Shown here piece by piece: positions 9,246 to 17,936 of a stretch of 64,000 bases of DNA. This DNA is from Syntrophomonadaceae bacterium (GTDB lineage Bacteria; Bacillota; Dethiobacteria; DTU022). Every line of letters starts with the position of its first letter. Within the stretch, counting starts at the first letter, position 1. The stretch is from positions 7,532 through 71,531 of the forward strand of contig PWGX01000017.1 in the NCBI GenBank assembly GCA_003554615.1. Direction: 5' to 3'. A program made the translations under genes and the position numbers. Under the pieces are notes generated by a model. That model was not told the origin of the DNA. It made no database searches and saw only the letters and a list, made by a program, of their open reading frames with translations.

Positions 9246-11009
9246 ATGGAGAGGCTAAACCGACACAGTATTGATAGGGCCCTTCTTGAAGCCGCTTCTA
9301 TACCGGCAGATAAACAGGAATTAATTTTAAATGAGCAGATGGGGGCCGGAAAGCCCCTGGCCAGGATTTTAATTGAAAAAGGATGGCTCGATGAGGAAAC
9401 GGTTGCTTCAATCATGGAAAAACTGCTGAATATCCCCCGGATTAATCTTTACAACTTCAAAATAAACGAACAGGTTGAAGGAACTATCCCGGCGGAAATG
9501 GCCCGCCGCTACCGGATTATGCCGGTTGCCATCAGGGAAGAAAGGCTTTTCCTGGCCATGGCCGACCCGCTGGATCTGACGGCAATCGATGATGCGGCCA
9601 TGGTGACCGGACTGGAAATATGCCCGGTCATTGCCGGAGAAAAGGCCATTTCTTATGCCATCGACCATTACTATGAGTTGGCCGGCTATCCTGACCACGA
9701 TGAAGAAGAGCCGGCAGGGGCAGGCGCTGTCAGGGAAACCGGGGCAGCCCCAGCCATAATGGCCTCTGCGGATGACGCCCCGGTTGTAAAACTAATCAAT
9801 TCCCTGATCGACAGGGCCCTTGAGGAAGAAGCAAGCGATGTTCATTTAGAACCCTCCGGCGAAGGGCTGCGGATCCGGATACGCCTGGACGGTGTTCTCC
9901 AAGACCTTGCCGTACCGCCTCGCTTTAAACCGGCTCAAATCGTGTCCAGGGTCAAAATCATGGCCAACCTGGATATTGCCGAAAAAAGGCTGGCCCAGGA
10001 CGGAAACATCCATTACCGGAAAGAAGGCCGGGAAATCAATATACGGGTATCCACCATGCCCACCGTGCACGGAGAAAAAGTGGTAATCCGTCTTCTCGAC
10101 AAGAATAAAATTATATTGCCCCTGGAACGGCTGGGATTTTCTCACGGCAATTTAAAGGTTTTTCAACGCTTATTACTAAACCAGTCCGGGATGATCCTGG
10201 TTACCGGGCCGACCGGGTGCGGCAAGACGACTACCCTGTATTCAGCCCTGCACTACCTGAACAGTCCCAGGTACAACATCATCACTGTTGAAGATCCGGT
10301 CGAATACCGGCTGAAGGGAGTCAACCAGGTTCCCGTCGACCGCAGAATTAACCGCACTTTTGCCAACGCCCTCCGATCGATTCTAAGGCAGGATCCCGAC
10401 ATCATCATGGTTGGTGAAATAAGAGATTCCGAAACGGTAAAAATTGCTTCCCAGGCCGCCCTTACGGGGCACCTGGTTTTATCCACCCTGCATACCAACA
10501 ATGCAGCAGGTGCAGTGACCAGGCTTGCCGATATGGGCCTGGAACCCTTCATGGTGACGGCTTCGACGGTAGGAGTGGTCGCCCAGCGCCTGATCAGGAA
10601 AATCTGTCCTCACTGCTCCGAGGAATTTTGTCTTAAAGATGAAGAAAAAGTATTTTACGCCCGCTATTTCAAACAGGACCCGCCGCAGCGGCTTCACCAC
10701 GGCCCCGGTTGCAAGCGCTGCAATCATACCGGTTTTCGCGGGCGGACTTCGATCCAGGAAATCCTGGTCATGGACCAGGAACTGCAGGCTCTAATTTTAA
10801 GCCGGTCACCTGCTTCGGAGATTCATAATAAGGCGGTGGACCTGGGCATGCAACCCCTGCTCAACGGTGCCTTGAAGTGCGTTGAAGAGGGAATCACCAC
10901 CCTGGGTGAGGCGGTGCGGGCGACTTTTAACAGCTTGCTCGATGATCAAGCGGCCGGGTTTGTGGAAAGCAGCCCTATTTTTGCCGAGCTGCAGAAAGAT
11001 GATCGGTGA
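9246..11009 (+). CDS. pilB: Type IV pilus assembly ATPase PilB (GspE family)
   Basis: The product has an N-terminal MshEN/GspE-N domain and the Walker A motif GPTGCGKTTT. It also carries a tetracysteine motif (CPHC...CKRC), and the 587-aa length fits. Confidence 0.9.
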   Translation: MERLNRHSIDRALLEAASIPADKQELILNEQMGAGKPLARILIEKGWLDEETVASIMEKLLNIPRINLYNFKINEQVEGTIPAEMARRYRIMPVAIREERLFLAMADPLDLTAIDDAAMVTGLEICPVIAGEKAISYAIDHYYELAGYPDHDEEEPAGAGAVRETGAAPAIMASADDAPVVKLINSLIDRALEEEASDVHLEPSGEGLRIRIRLDGVLQDLAVPPRFKPAQIVSRVKIMANLDIAEKRLAQDGNIHYRKEGREINIRVSTMPTVHGEKVVIRLLDKNKIILPLERLGFSHGNLKVFQRLLLNQSGMILVTGPTGCGKTTTLYSALHYLNSPRYNIITVEDPVEYRLKGVNQVPVDRRINRTFANALRSILRQDPDIIMVGEIRDSETVKIASQAALTGHLVLSTLHTNNAAGAVTRLADMGLEPFMVTASTVGVVAQRLIRKICPHCSEEFCLKDEEKVFYARYFKQDPPQRLHHGPGCKRCNHTGFRGRTSIQEILVMDQELQALILSRSPASEIHNKAVDLGMQPLLNGALKCVEEGITTLGEAVRATFNSLLDDQAAGFVESSPIFAELQKDDR

Positions 11010-11055
11010 TTGCCCTGATCATGATTTTGTCTGCGGGGAAGGATATTTTAAGCAG

Positions 11056-11571
11056 ATGACGCAAATTAAACAGTTGTTCCAAATAACGAAAACTAAGCTT
11101 AAAGAAGAATATGCCTTCACCCTGGTTGAACTGGTATGCATTGTGGCCCTGCTCGGGATCATGGCCATGGTTGCCGCCCCCGCCATCCACGGCCTGGGGC
11201 AAAAACACAACCTTGAAATAGCGGCCAGGACCATGGCCACTGAAATGCGCAAGGCCCAGCAGAGGGCGATCACAACGGGCAGCGGTCAAATCCTGGAATT
11301 CAGGCTTGACGGCAGGTACCGGGTTACATGCGGGAAGACCGAGGAAACCTACCTTGTTGAACTGCCGGAAGGGGTGATTCGCAGGTCGGTTAACTTTCCC
11401 ATGTCAGACAATGTCCGCTATCTTCGCTTTAACTACAACGGTTCCCCCAGCAGCGGCGGAACTGTGGCCCTGGAGAACACCGCCGGCAGTGTTTTGTATA
11501 TAATTGTTGCCCCGGCCACCGGCAGGGTCAGGATTTCAGAAGAACCCCCGGAGGACTGGGAAATTTACTAA
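11056..11571 (+). CDS. Prepilin-type protein with GspH/FimT-like domain (pilin or pseudopilin)
   Basis: I chose the ATG at 11056. The leader is MTQIKQLFQITKTKLKEEYA, followed by the cleavage context A|FTLVELVCIVALLGIMAMVAAPAI. The downstream LEIAARTMATEMRKAQQRAITTG segment is typical of GspH/FimT. The track ORF start at 10882 lies inside pilB. Confidence 0.75.
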   Translation: MTQIKQLFQITKTKLKEEYAFTLVELVCIVALLGIMAMVAAPAIHGLGQKHNLEIAARTMATEMRKAQQRAITTGSGQILEFRLDGRYRVTCGKTEETYLVELPEGVIRRSVNFPMSDNVRYLRFNYNGSPSSGGTVALENTAGSVLYIIVAPATGRVRISEEPPEDWEIY

Positions 11572-11667
11572 AGCCGCGGAAGCACCTACAATTTTGGTGG
11601 TTACAGGTTATGATATGATAGTAAATAATAATGGTGCAGGCAGGGGATGATTTAGATTACTGGCCGT

Positions 11668-12186
11668 TTGGACCTTAGACATGTCATCTTAACCGGCTTC
11701 ATGGGTACCGGAAAGACCGCAGTGGGCAAACTGCTGGCTGCTAAGCTGAAGAGGCGGTTTGTGGATACGGATCAGCTGGTTGAAAAGGCAACCGGTTTAA
11801 GCGTGCCCCTCATTTTTGAAAAATACGGAGAAGTTTTTTTCCGGGAGCGGGAAAGCAAAGCGGTATTAAGCCTGGAGAGGTACAGCCCGGGCAGCCTGGT
11901 GGTAGCCACCGGTGGGGGTGTGGTTTTGAGAGAAAATAACAGGGCCGTGTTAAAGAAAGTCGGCCTGATTGTCCTGCTCAGGGCCTCACCGGAGGAAATT
12001 TGCCGGAGAATTTCCGATACCGGGGACAGGCCCCTTTTGAACGGGCCGGAGCCGGAACAAAAGGTAAAAAAAATGCTGGAAGAAAGGGAACCTTATTACC
12101 GGCACTGCGATTTTGAAATTGATACAACCGCCAAAACATCCCGGCAAGTTGCCTCAGAAATTCGATCCTGTTTTAACAACCGCTGA
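11668..12186 (+). CDS. aroK: Shikimate kinase
   Basis: The gene has a TTG start. The Walker A motif GFMGTGKTAVGK is present and the 172-aa length fits. Confidence 0.9.
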   Translation: MDLRHVILTGFMGTGKTAVGKLLAAKLKRRFVDTDQLVEKATGLSVPLIFEKYGEVFFRERESKAVLSLERYSPGSLVVATGGGVVLRENNRAVLKKVGLIVLLRASPEEICRRISDTGDRPLLNGPEPEQKVKKMLEEREPYYRHCDFEIDTTAKTSRQVASEIRSCFNNR

Positions 12187-12306
12187 TTAATTAAGCTGGT
12201 TTACAGCTGTTAGCTGCTGCTCTAGAAAATTTTATCGGTCAGAAGCAGGAATTTTACTGTAAATTCGGGAACTTAGAATTATTAATTTTTCGGGGAGGAA
12301 GGCAAA

Positions 12307-12759
12307 GTGGCAGGATGTAGGATTTTGATTCTCCACGGACCCAATCTCAACTTGCTGGGCCGGAGAGAACCTGAACTGTATGGAAGACAGACTCTGGCTG
12401 AAATTGATCAACTTCTGAAAAAACGGGCCCGGGATCTTGATGTGCAGGTTGGAACTTTTCAATCCAACAGTGAAGGGGCCCTGATAGATCGGATTCAGGA
12501 AGCTATGGGCCATTTAGACGGGATCCTGATCAACCCGGGCGCCCTAACTCACTACAGTTACTCCCTCCGCGATGCCCTGGCTGCATCCGGAGTGCCCCTG
12601 GTCGAAGTTCACCTCAGCAATATCTTCGCCCGGGAGCCTTTTCGCCATCATTCGGTGGTTTCACCGGTTGCGGTCGGAATTATTTGCGGTTTTGGCGAAG
12701 AAAGCTACCTGCTGGGCCTGGAGGCCCTGCTGAAAATGATTACGAAACGGCAGGATTAA
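12307..12759 (+). CDS. aroQ: Type II 3-dehydroquinate dehydratase
   Basis: The motifs [36 protein letters not shown] and VEVHLSNI are all present. Confidence 0.92.
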   Translation: MAGCRILILHGPNLNLLGRREPELYGRQTLAEIDQLLKKRARDLDVQVGTFQSNSEGALIDRIQEAMGHLDGILINPGALTHYSYSLRDALAASGVPLVEVHLSNIFAREPFRHHSVVSPVAVGIICGFGEESYLLGLEALLKMITKRQD

Positions 12760-12762
12760 GTT

Positions 12763-13830
12763 ATGAAAAGCCGCCTGGACAAATTTAGAAAAATATTAAC
12801 TGAATTTAGTATCGATGCCATGTTGATCAGCAGCCCGGTTAACCGCCGCTACCTGAGCGGTTTTGAAGGGACGAGCGGGATATTGTTAATCAGCAGAGAT
12901 GAAGCGATCCTGGTTACAGACTTCCGTTATCTAGAACAGGCCGCTGATCAGGCCGGGCAATTTGAAATTCGGAGATGGCAGGATGATCTTTATAAAAGTC
13001 TGGCCCCGATCATCTCCGAAACAGGCTGGGGGAAGCTTGGATTTGAGGGCAGGCATGTAGTTTATTCCACCTACCAGGAAATGATTGAAAAGCTGCCGGT
13101 GGAACTGGTCCCGGTCGGTGACGCCGTGGAAAAACAGCGGATGCAGAAAAGCAAATCGGAAATTGAAACCATGCGCCGGGGAGCAAAGGTTCTTGACCGG
13201 GCTTTTGAATTTATTCTCTCCTACATTAAACCGGGCCTGCCGGAAAATGAACTGGCCCTGGAACTGGAGATATACCTGCTCAGACAGGGAGCAGAAGAAA
13301 GGTCTTTTCGATTTATAGTTGCTTCCGGGGAAAGGGGGGCTATGCCCCACGGCACGGCGTCGAACAGGATCATGCAGGAAGGCGACCTGGTAACCATCGA
13401 TTACGGGGCCGTTTTTGAGGGATATGCCACCGATATGACCAGGACGCTGGCCCTGGGTAAAGCCGATCAGAAGCAGCGCGAGATCTACGAGCTTGTCCTG
13501 GAAGCCCAGCAGGAAGCCGCCCGGGCCGTGAAGCCCGGAATTAAGGCCAGCGACCTGGATGCGGTGGCCCGCGATATTATAGACCGGGCCGGCTATGCCA
13601 ATTATTTCGGGCACGGCCTGGGCCACGGGATCGGGCTGGAAACACATGAACAGCCTGTTTTGAACCCCCGGAGCACTACCATTCTTGAGCCGGGCATGAC
13701 CGTAACAGTTGAACCGGGCGTCTACATCAAGGGTTGGGGCGGGGTCAGGATAGAAGATATGGCATGTGTTACCGCCGCCGGCGGGGAAGTGCTTACGGCA
13801 AGTTCCCGTGAGCTGGCAGTTATAAATTAG
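12763..13830 (+). CDS. Xaa-Pro aminopeptidase/dipeptidase (M24B family)
   Basis: The product has a creatinase-like N-terminal domain and pita-bread-fold metal ligands (DYGA..YATDMTRT, HGLGHGIG). The aroQ-M24-efp gene order matches Bacillus yqhS-yqhT-efp. Confidence 0.85.
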   Translation: MKSRLDKFRKILTEFSIDAMLISSPVNRRYLSGFEGTSGILLISRDEAILVTDFRYLEQAADQAGQFEIRRWQDDLYKSLAPIISETGWGKLGFEGRHVVYSTYQEMIEKLPVELVPVGDAVEKQRMQKSKSEIETMRRGAKVLDRAFEFILSYIKPGLPENELALELEIYLLRQGAEERSFRFIVASGERGAMPHGTASNRIMQEGDLVTIDYGAVFEGYATDMTRTLALGKADQKQREIYELVLEAQQEAARAVKPGIKASDLDAVARDIIDRAGYANYFGHGLGHGIGLETHEQPVLNPRSTTILEPGMTVTVEPGVYIKGWGGVRIEDMACVTAAGGEVLTASSRELAVIN

Positions 13831-13861
13831 GACTCATTATGAAGAAGGGTAGGCTGCTAAA

Positions 13862-14422
13862 ATGATGATCTCAACTAACGACTTTCATACCGGGGTAACA
13901 ATTGAAATGGGGGGAGAGATTTATACAATTTTGGAATTTCAGCATGTCAAGCCGGGTAAGGGGGCCGCCTTTGTCCGGTCCAAACTGCGCAACCTGCGCT
14001 CGGGGTCGATTATCGAACACACTTTTCGGGCCGGCGAAAAAGTGCTCCGCGCTCACCTGGAAAGAAAAGCAATGGAATACCTTTACCGGGACGACGATCT
14101 GTTTTACTTGATGGACCTGGAAACCTACGAACAGATTGCCATTTCTGAAGAAAAGCTTGGCAATGGGGTCAAGTACCTCAAAGAAAACGACCGTCTCCAG
14201 GTGCTCATGCATGGAGACGAAATTGTGGGTGTTGATCTGCCGGTAACGGTGACCCTGCAGGTTACCGACACGGAACCGGGCCTGAAAGGTGACACTGCAT
14301 CCGGAGCCACCAAACCGGCGACCATGGAAACCGGCCTGGTAGTCCAGGTTCCGCTTTTTATGAATACCGGCGATTTGATCAAAATAGACACCCGCACCGG
14401 GAATTACATTGAACGGGCCTGA
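13862..14422 (+). CDS. efp: Elongation factor P
   Basis: The sequence ISTNDFHTGVTIEMGGEIYTILEFQHVKPGKGAAFVRSKLRNL is the canonical EF-P N-terminus. The start may be the second ATG at 13865. Confidence 0.95.
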   Translation: MMISTNDFHTGVTIEMGGEIYTILEFQHVKPGKGAAFVRSKLRNLRSGSIIEHTFRAGEKVLRAHLERKAMEYLYRDDDLFYLMDLETYEQIAISEEKLGNGVKYLKENDRLQVLMHGDEIVGVDLPVTVTLQVTDTEPGLKGDTASGATKPATMETGLVVQVPLFMNTGDLIKIDTRTGNYIERA

Positions 14423-14455
14423 TCAAGGCTACTATCTTAAAGGGAGGGAATTGCC

Positions 14456-14914
14456 GTGCACGAAGATTTGAAAGCAAGGGTATCGTACTTAAAGGGTTAC
14501 ACGGAAGGCATAGATTTGGGCGATGAAAGCAAGGAGCAAAAAATCCTGCAGCGGATTATCGATCTGTTAGAAGATATGGCCGATGAAATAGAACATCTCA
14601 GGGTTGATTACGAGGAGTTGTTTGAGTACACAGAAGCAATTGACGACGATCTGAGCGAAATCGAAGAAGATTTTTATGAAGATGAAGAAGAAGATGAAGA
14701 TGAGTTTGATGAATACGAAGATGGATTTTCTATTGAATGCCCCAACTGCCGGGAAATCGTTGTATTTGACGAAAATATTCTCGACCAGGACTCTTCGATC
14801 GAGGTGACCTGCCCCGGCTGCGGGGAAGCCGTGCTGGTTGACGACGAAGAATGGTATGAAGATTTTGAGGAATTGTCGGACCTGGACGAGAAGGAAGAGG
14901 ATAACAAAGAATAG
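14456..14914 (+). CDS. Highly acidic zinc-ribbon protein (CPNC...CPGC)
   Basis: The gene has a GTG start after the SD AGGGAGGG. The product contains long E/D runs and one CxxC-x21-CxxC ribbon. I cannot assign a function. Confidence 0.6.
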   Translation: MHEDLKARVSYLKGYTEGIDLGDESKEQKILQRIIDLLEDMADEIEHLRVDYEELFEYTEAIDDDLSEIEEDFYEDEEEDEDEFDEYEDGFSIECPNCREIVVFDENILDQDSSIEVTCPGCGEAVLVDDEEWYEDFEELSDLDEKEEDNKE

Positions 14915-14956
14915 CCTTTAAAAACCGAAAAAACAGGAGTTTACCAGGCCAGAAAA

Positions 14957-14985
14957 TTGAACCGTTACCCGTAGTCTGTTATAAT
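14957..14985 (+). promoter_or_regulatory. Candidate promoter TTGAAC-17 nt-TATAAT for the asp23 operon
   Basis: TTGAAC lies at 14957-14962 and TATAAT at 14980-14985. Confidence 0.5.
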
Positions 14986-15034
14986 AAAGATTAAAGGATA
15001 AGCTTTGTGCTTATAAATTCTATCGTCTGGAGGT

Positions 15035-15466
15035 ATGAAAATGGCGGATGAAGAAAGCAGGACCCTGCCCACAGAACTTGGAGAAGTCAGGATTGCCGAA
15101 GAAGTGGTTTCGATAATTGCCGGTTTGGCCGCGACAGAAATTGAGGGGGTAGCCTCGATGAGCGGCGGTATCGCCGGTGGCATCGCCGAAGTGCTCGGCC
15201 GCCGTAACCTGTCCAAGGGCATTAAGGTAGAGGTAGGTACCGAAGAAGCAAAAGTAGACATCTTTATCATAGTTGATTACGGCGCCCGGATTCCCGATGT
15301 GGCCTGGGATATCCAGGAAGGAGTTAAAAAGACGGTTGAAAATATGACCGGGCTCCGGGTGACGGGAGTAAATGTGCATGTCCAGGGCGTCCACTTCCCC
15401 CAGAAAGAAGGAGAGACTGAAGAAGAGCCCGCAGAAGGCGGAGAGGAAGTAGAAAGCAAAGAATAA
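15035..15466 (+). CDS. Asp23/Gls24 family alkaline shock protein
   Basis: The sequence GEVRIAEEVVSIIAGLAATEIEGVASM is the Asp23 signature. The ATG at 15041 is better spaced from the GGAGG SD and may be the real start. Confidence 0.85.
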   Translation: MKMADEESRTLPTELGEVRIAEEVVSIIAGLAATEIEGVASMSGGIAGGIAEVLGRRNLSKGIKVEVGTEEAKVDIFIIVDYGARIPDVAWDIQEGVKKTVENMTGLRVTGVNVHVQGVHFPQKEGETEEEPAEGGEEVESKE

Positions 15467-15501
15467 AGGTTAGACTGGTATAAAACAAAGGGGGAATTTA
15501 T

Positions 15502-16032
15502 ATGAAAATGTTAGCCCGGGTGATAATGGTTTTTGTGGCGCTAATTTTGATTGGCGCTGCCCTGTTTCTGCTAGCCGTTAAATACAATCTGGTTCCGGGT
15601 CTTGCCCTGTACCTGCCCGGATGGGCTGGAGAAGAAGTTGTGCTTGGGTTTGTAGCGGCATTGGTGCTGATCGCCCTGATTTTGTTAATCCTCGGCTTTC
15701 GCAAATCCAAAGGCCCCGGCAATGCTGTGCTTAAAGGCAGCGAATATGGCGAAGTGGCCATATCGATCCCTGCTATTGAGAATATAGTTTTAAGGGTTAT
15801 CCAGCAAATCCAGGGTCTTAAAGATGTCAGCAGACAGGTTTCTTTTACGCAGGATGGACTGATTATCGCTGTAAAAATCAGGGTTTTGCCCGACGTTGCT
15901 ATGCCGGAGTTGACCAGTGAACTACAGTCGAAGATTAAGGAATATGTAGAAGAGATTACTGGTATAACCGTCCACGAAGTTAAAGTGATGGTCGAGAATA
16001 TAGTTACAGAACAGACCCCATCCAAAAAATAA
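15502..16032 (+). CDS. amaP: Alkaline shock response membrane anchor protein AmaP
   Basis: The product has two N-terminal TM helices followed by an Asp23-like region. Its position directly after asp23 supports the call. Confidence 0.65.
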   Translation: MKMLARVIMVFVALILIGAALFLLAVKYNLVPGLALYLPGWAGEEVVLGFVAALVLIALILLILGFRKSKGPGNAVLKGSEYGEVAISIPAIENIVLRVIQQIQGLKDVSRQVSFTQDGLIIAVKIRVLPDVAMPELTSELQSKIKEYVEEITGITVHEVKVMVENIVTEQTPSKK

Positions 16033-16064
16033 ATCAGAACTTATGTTAGAAGGGGGATCATATC

Positions 16065-16295
16065 TTGTCTGAAATGAACTGGTGGTTAATAATCAGCAAA
16101 CACTGGGGAAAAATCCTGGGCGGCTTGCTGGGGTTGGTATTTGCCCTGTTGGTGGTTAACTATGGATTCTGGTGGAGTATTTTTATATACCTGTGCATCG
16201 GGATCGGGATCTTGATTGGTTGGAGATTGGATCTCAGTAAAGATGTTGGCAGTTTTTTTAGGCGCTTATTTTCAACCAGAGAGGAATCTGATTGA
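16065..16295 (+). CDS. Small membrane protein (DUF2273-like)
   Basis: The gene has a TTG start after an SD. The 76-aa product has two TM helices, and this is the conserved third gene of asp23-amaP clusters in Firmicutes. Confidence 0.6.
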   Translation: MSEMNWWLIISKHWGKILGGLLGLVFALLVVNYGFWWSIFIYLCIGIGILIGWRLDLSKDVGSFFRRLFSTREESD

Positions 16296-16363
16296 GTCCA
16301 AACCGCTAAATGCTACTATCTTTTTTAACGATTATAAACTGACAGCACGGAGGTACTGACCGA

Positions 16364-16780
16364 TTGTCCCGTCGTTTAGCTAGAGAAGCTGCTTTTAAAG
16401 CTCTTTTTCAGGTTGATATTGGCAGGTGCAGGGTAAAACAGGCCCTGATCCGATCTTTGGAAGATTACAAGTTCAACGAAGAAGAAGAGCAGTTCGTAGA
16501 AGAGCTGTTGACCGGTACGGTCGGTAACTGCGAGTCCCTTGATCAAATTATCAAGAAACACCTGGTAAAGTGGGAGCTGGAACGGATTTCCGCCGTGGAT
16601 CGCAACCTGCTCCGGTTGGCCCTTTTCGAAATTATTTATCGTCCCGATATTCCCCCCGCAGTATCGATAAACGAGGCCCTGGAGCTGGCCAAAAAATACG
16701 GCAGCACCGGTGAAGCCGTCGGCTTTATCAATGGAGTGTTAGATCGCGCGGTAGGAGAAGCTTTTGAGAGAGAACCATGA
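16364..16780 (+). CDS. nusB: Transcription antitermination factor NusB
   Basis: The N-terminus SRRLAREAAFKALFQVDI and the segment DRNLLRLALFEIIY..P..VSINEALELAK match NusB. Confidence 0.92.
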   Translation: MSRRLAREAAFKALFQVDIGRCRVKQALIRSLEDYKFNEEEEQFVEELLTGTVGNCESLDQIIKKHLVKWELERISAVDRNLLRLALFEIIYRPDIPPAVSINEALELAKKYGSTGEAVGFINGVLDRAVGEAFEREP

Positions 16781-17726
16781 TCATCTAATATATTTGGGAC
16801 TTGATACGTCGGCGTACACTACTTCACTGGCCGTGGTTGACCGGGATGAAAGGCTAATTATTGACAGCAGACTGCCCCTGGCTGTTGAGGCAGGCAGCCT
16901 GGGTTTGCGCCAGTCGGAGGCAGTTTTTTCTCATATCAAAAACCTGCCCCTGCTATGGGAAGGCAGGGCCAATAGTATTGAGGAGTACAGGGTGGCTGCG
17001 GCTGCCGCCTCAACCCGCCCTCGTCCGCTGCCAGATTCCTACATGCCGGTTTTCAAAGTAAGCGAGGCCTTTGGTTTGTTTCTTGCTCAAACCATGGGCC
17101 TTAATTTTTTGCCTTCTTCGCATCAGGAAGGACATATAATGGCCGGCCTGTGGTCGGCAGGGCTGAAACCCGGGCGCTACTTATGCGTCCATTTATCGGG
17201 AGGAACCACCGAAATCGTTGCCGCCGAAGAAATAAAGCCCGGCTGCCTGGAAATACGCTTGCTCGGCGGGGGTAGCGATTTAAATGCCGGCCAGTTTATT
17301 GACCGCCTGGGAAGAATGATGGAACTCGGGTTTCCGGCCGGGCCGCAGCTGGAAATACTGGCCCGAACAGGGCAGGACGGAGCGGTGGAGCTGCCGGTAG
17401 CGGTAAAAGGGGCACAGATTAGTTTTTCCGGCCCCGCTACCCGGGCTGAACAGGCCCTGCGGGAAGGGTGGAGGAAAGAAGACGTGGCCCGGGCAATAGA
17501 AACCTGCATCGCCGATTCCCTGGCTGCAGCCATTACCAGCTCCCATACCGGCGGGGATGATTTTGACGGAGTCCTGGCCGTGGGAGGGGTCATGGCCAAC
17601 AGGTATATCAGGGACAGACTGGCCTGGAAAATGGAGAGCATCAAGTTGTTTTTTGCCGCTCCGGAGTTTGCTTCCGACAATGCCGTCGGCCTGGCTGTGC
17701 AGGCAGCCCGCCGCTTTAGGACTTAG
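16764..17726 (+). CDS. Kae1/TsaD-like (M22 glycoprotease family, ASKHA fold) protein
   Basis: The motifs LGLDTSAYTTSLAVV, the HQEGHI metal-binding pair and AVGGVMAN are present. The 5' end overlaps the nusB 3' end, and the start is uncertain (TTG at 16764 or 16794). Confidence 0.65.
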   Translation: MRENHDHLIYLGLDTSAYTTSLAVVDRDERLIIDSRLPLAVEAGSLGLRQSEAVFSHIKNLPLLWEGRANSIEEYRVAAAAASTRPRPLPDSYMPVFKVSEAFGLFLAQTMGLNFLPSSHQEGHIMAGLWSAGLKPGRYLCVHLSGGTTEIVAAEEIKPGCLEIRLLGGGSDLNAGQFIDRLGRMMELGFPAGPQLEILARTGQDGAVELPVAVKGAQISFSGPATRAEQALREGWRKEDVARAIETCIADSLAAAITSSHTGGDDFDGVLAVGGVMANRYIRDRLAWKMESIKLFFAAPEFASDNAVGLAVQAARRFRT

Positions 17727-17936
17727 AAAAAATATATTCGTTAAAATTACTTACTATTAAAACTGTAAAAGGAATTTCTCAAAGAATGGCGAAGTTATCA
17801 TAGGTTGATCACATGGATAAAGGCTTAGCCTTAATCGGATATCATAATTTCCAATTGGAGGGAGGATGAGTGAAAAGAATCACGAACCATAACAGGGGAG
17901 GTAGGATAAGTAATTTCTTTAGGGAGAGAGGGAAAA

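Noticed and set aside
10882-11055. The track ORF gives the pilin gene an N-terminal extension (229 aa, starting inside pilB).
   Set aside because: The extension would place about 78 residues before the class III signal, which is incompatible with prepilin leaders. The ATG at 11056 gives a 20-aa leader.
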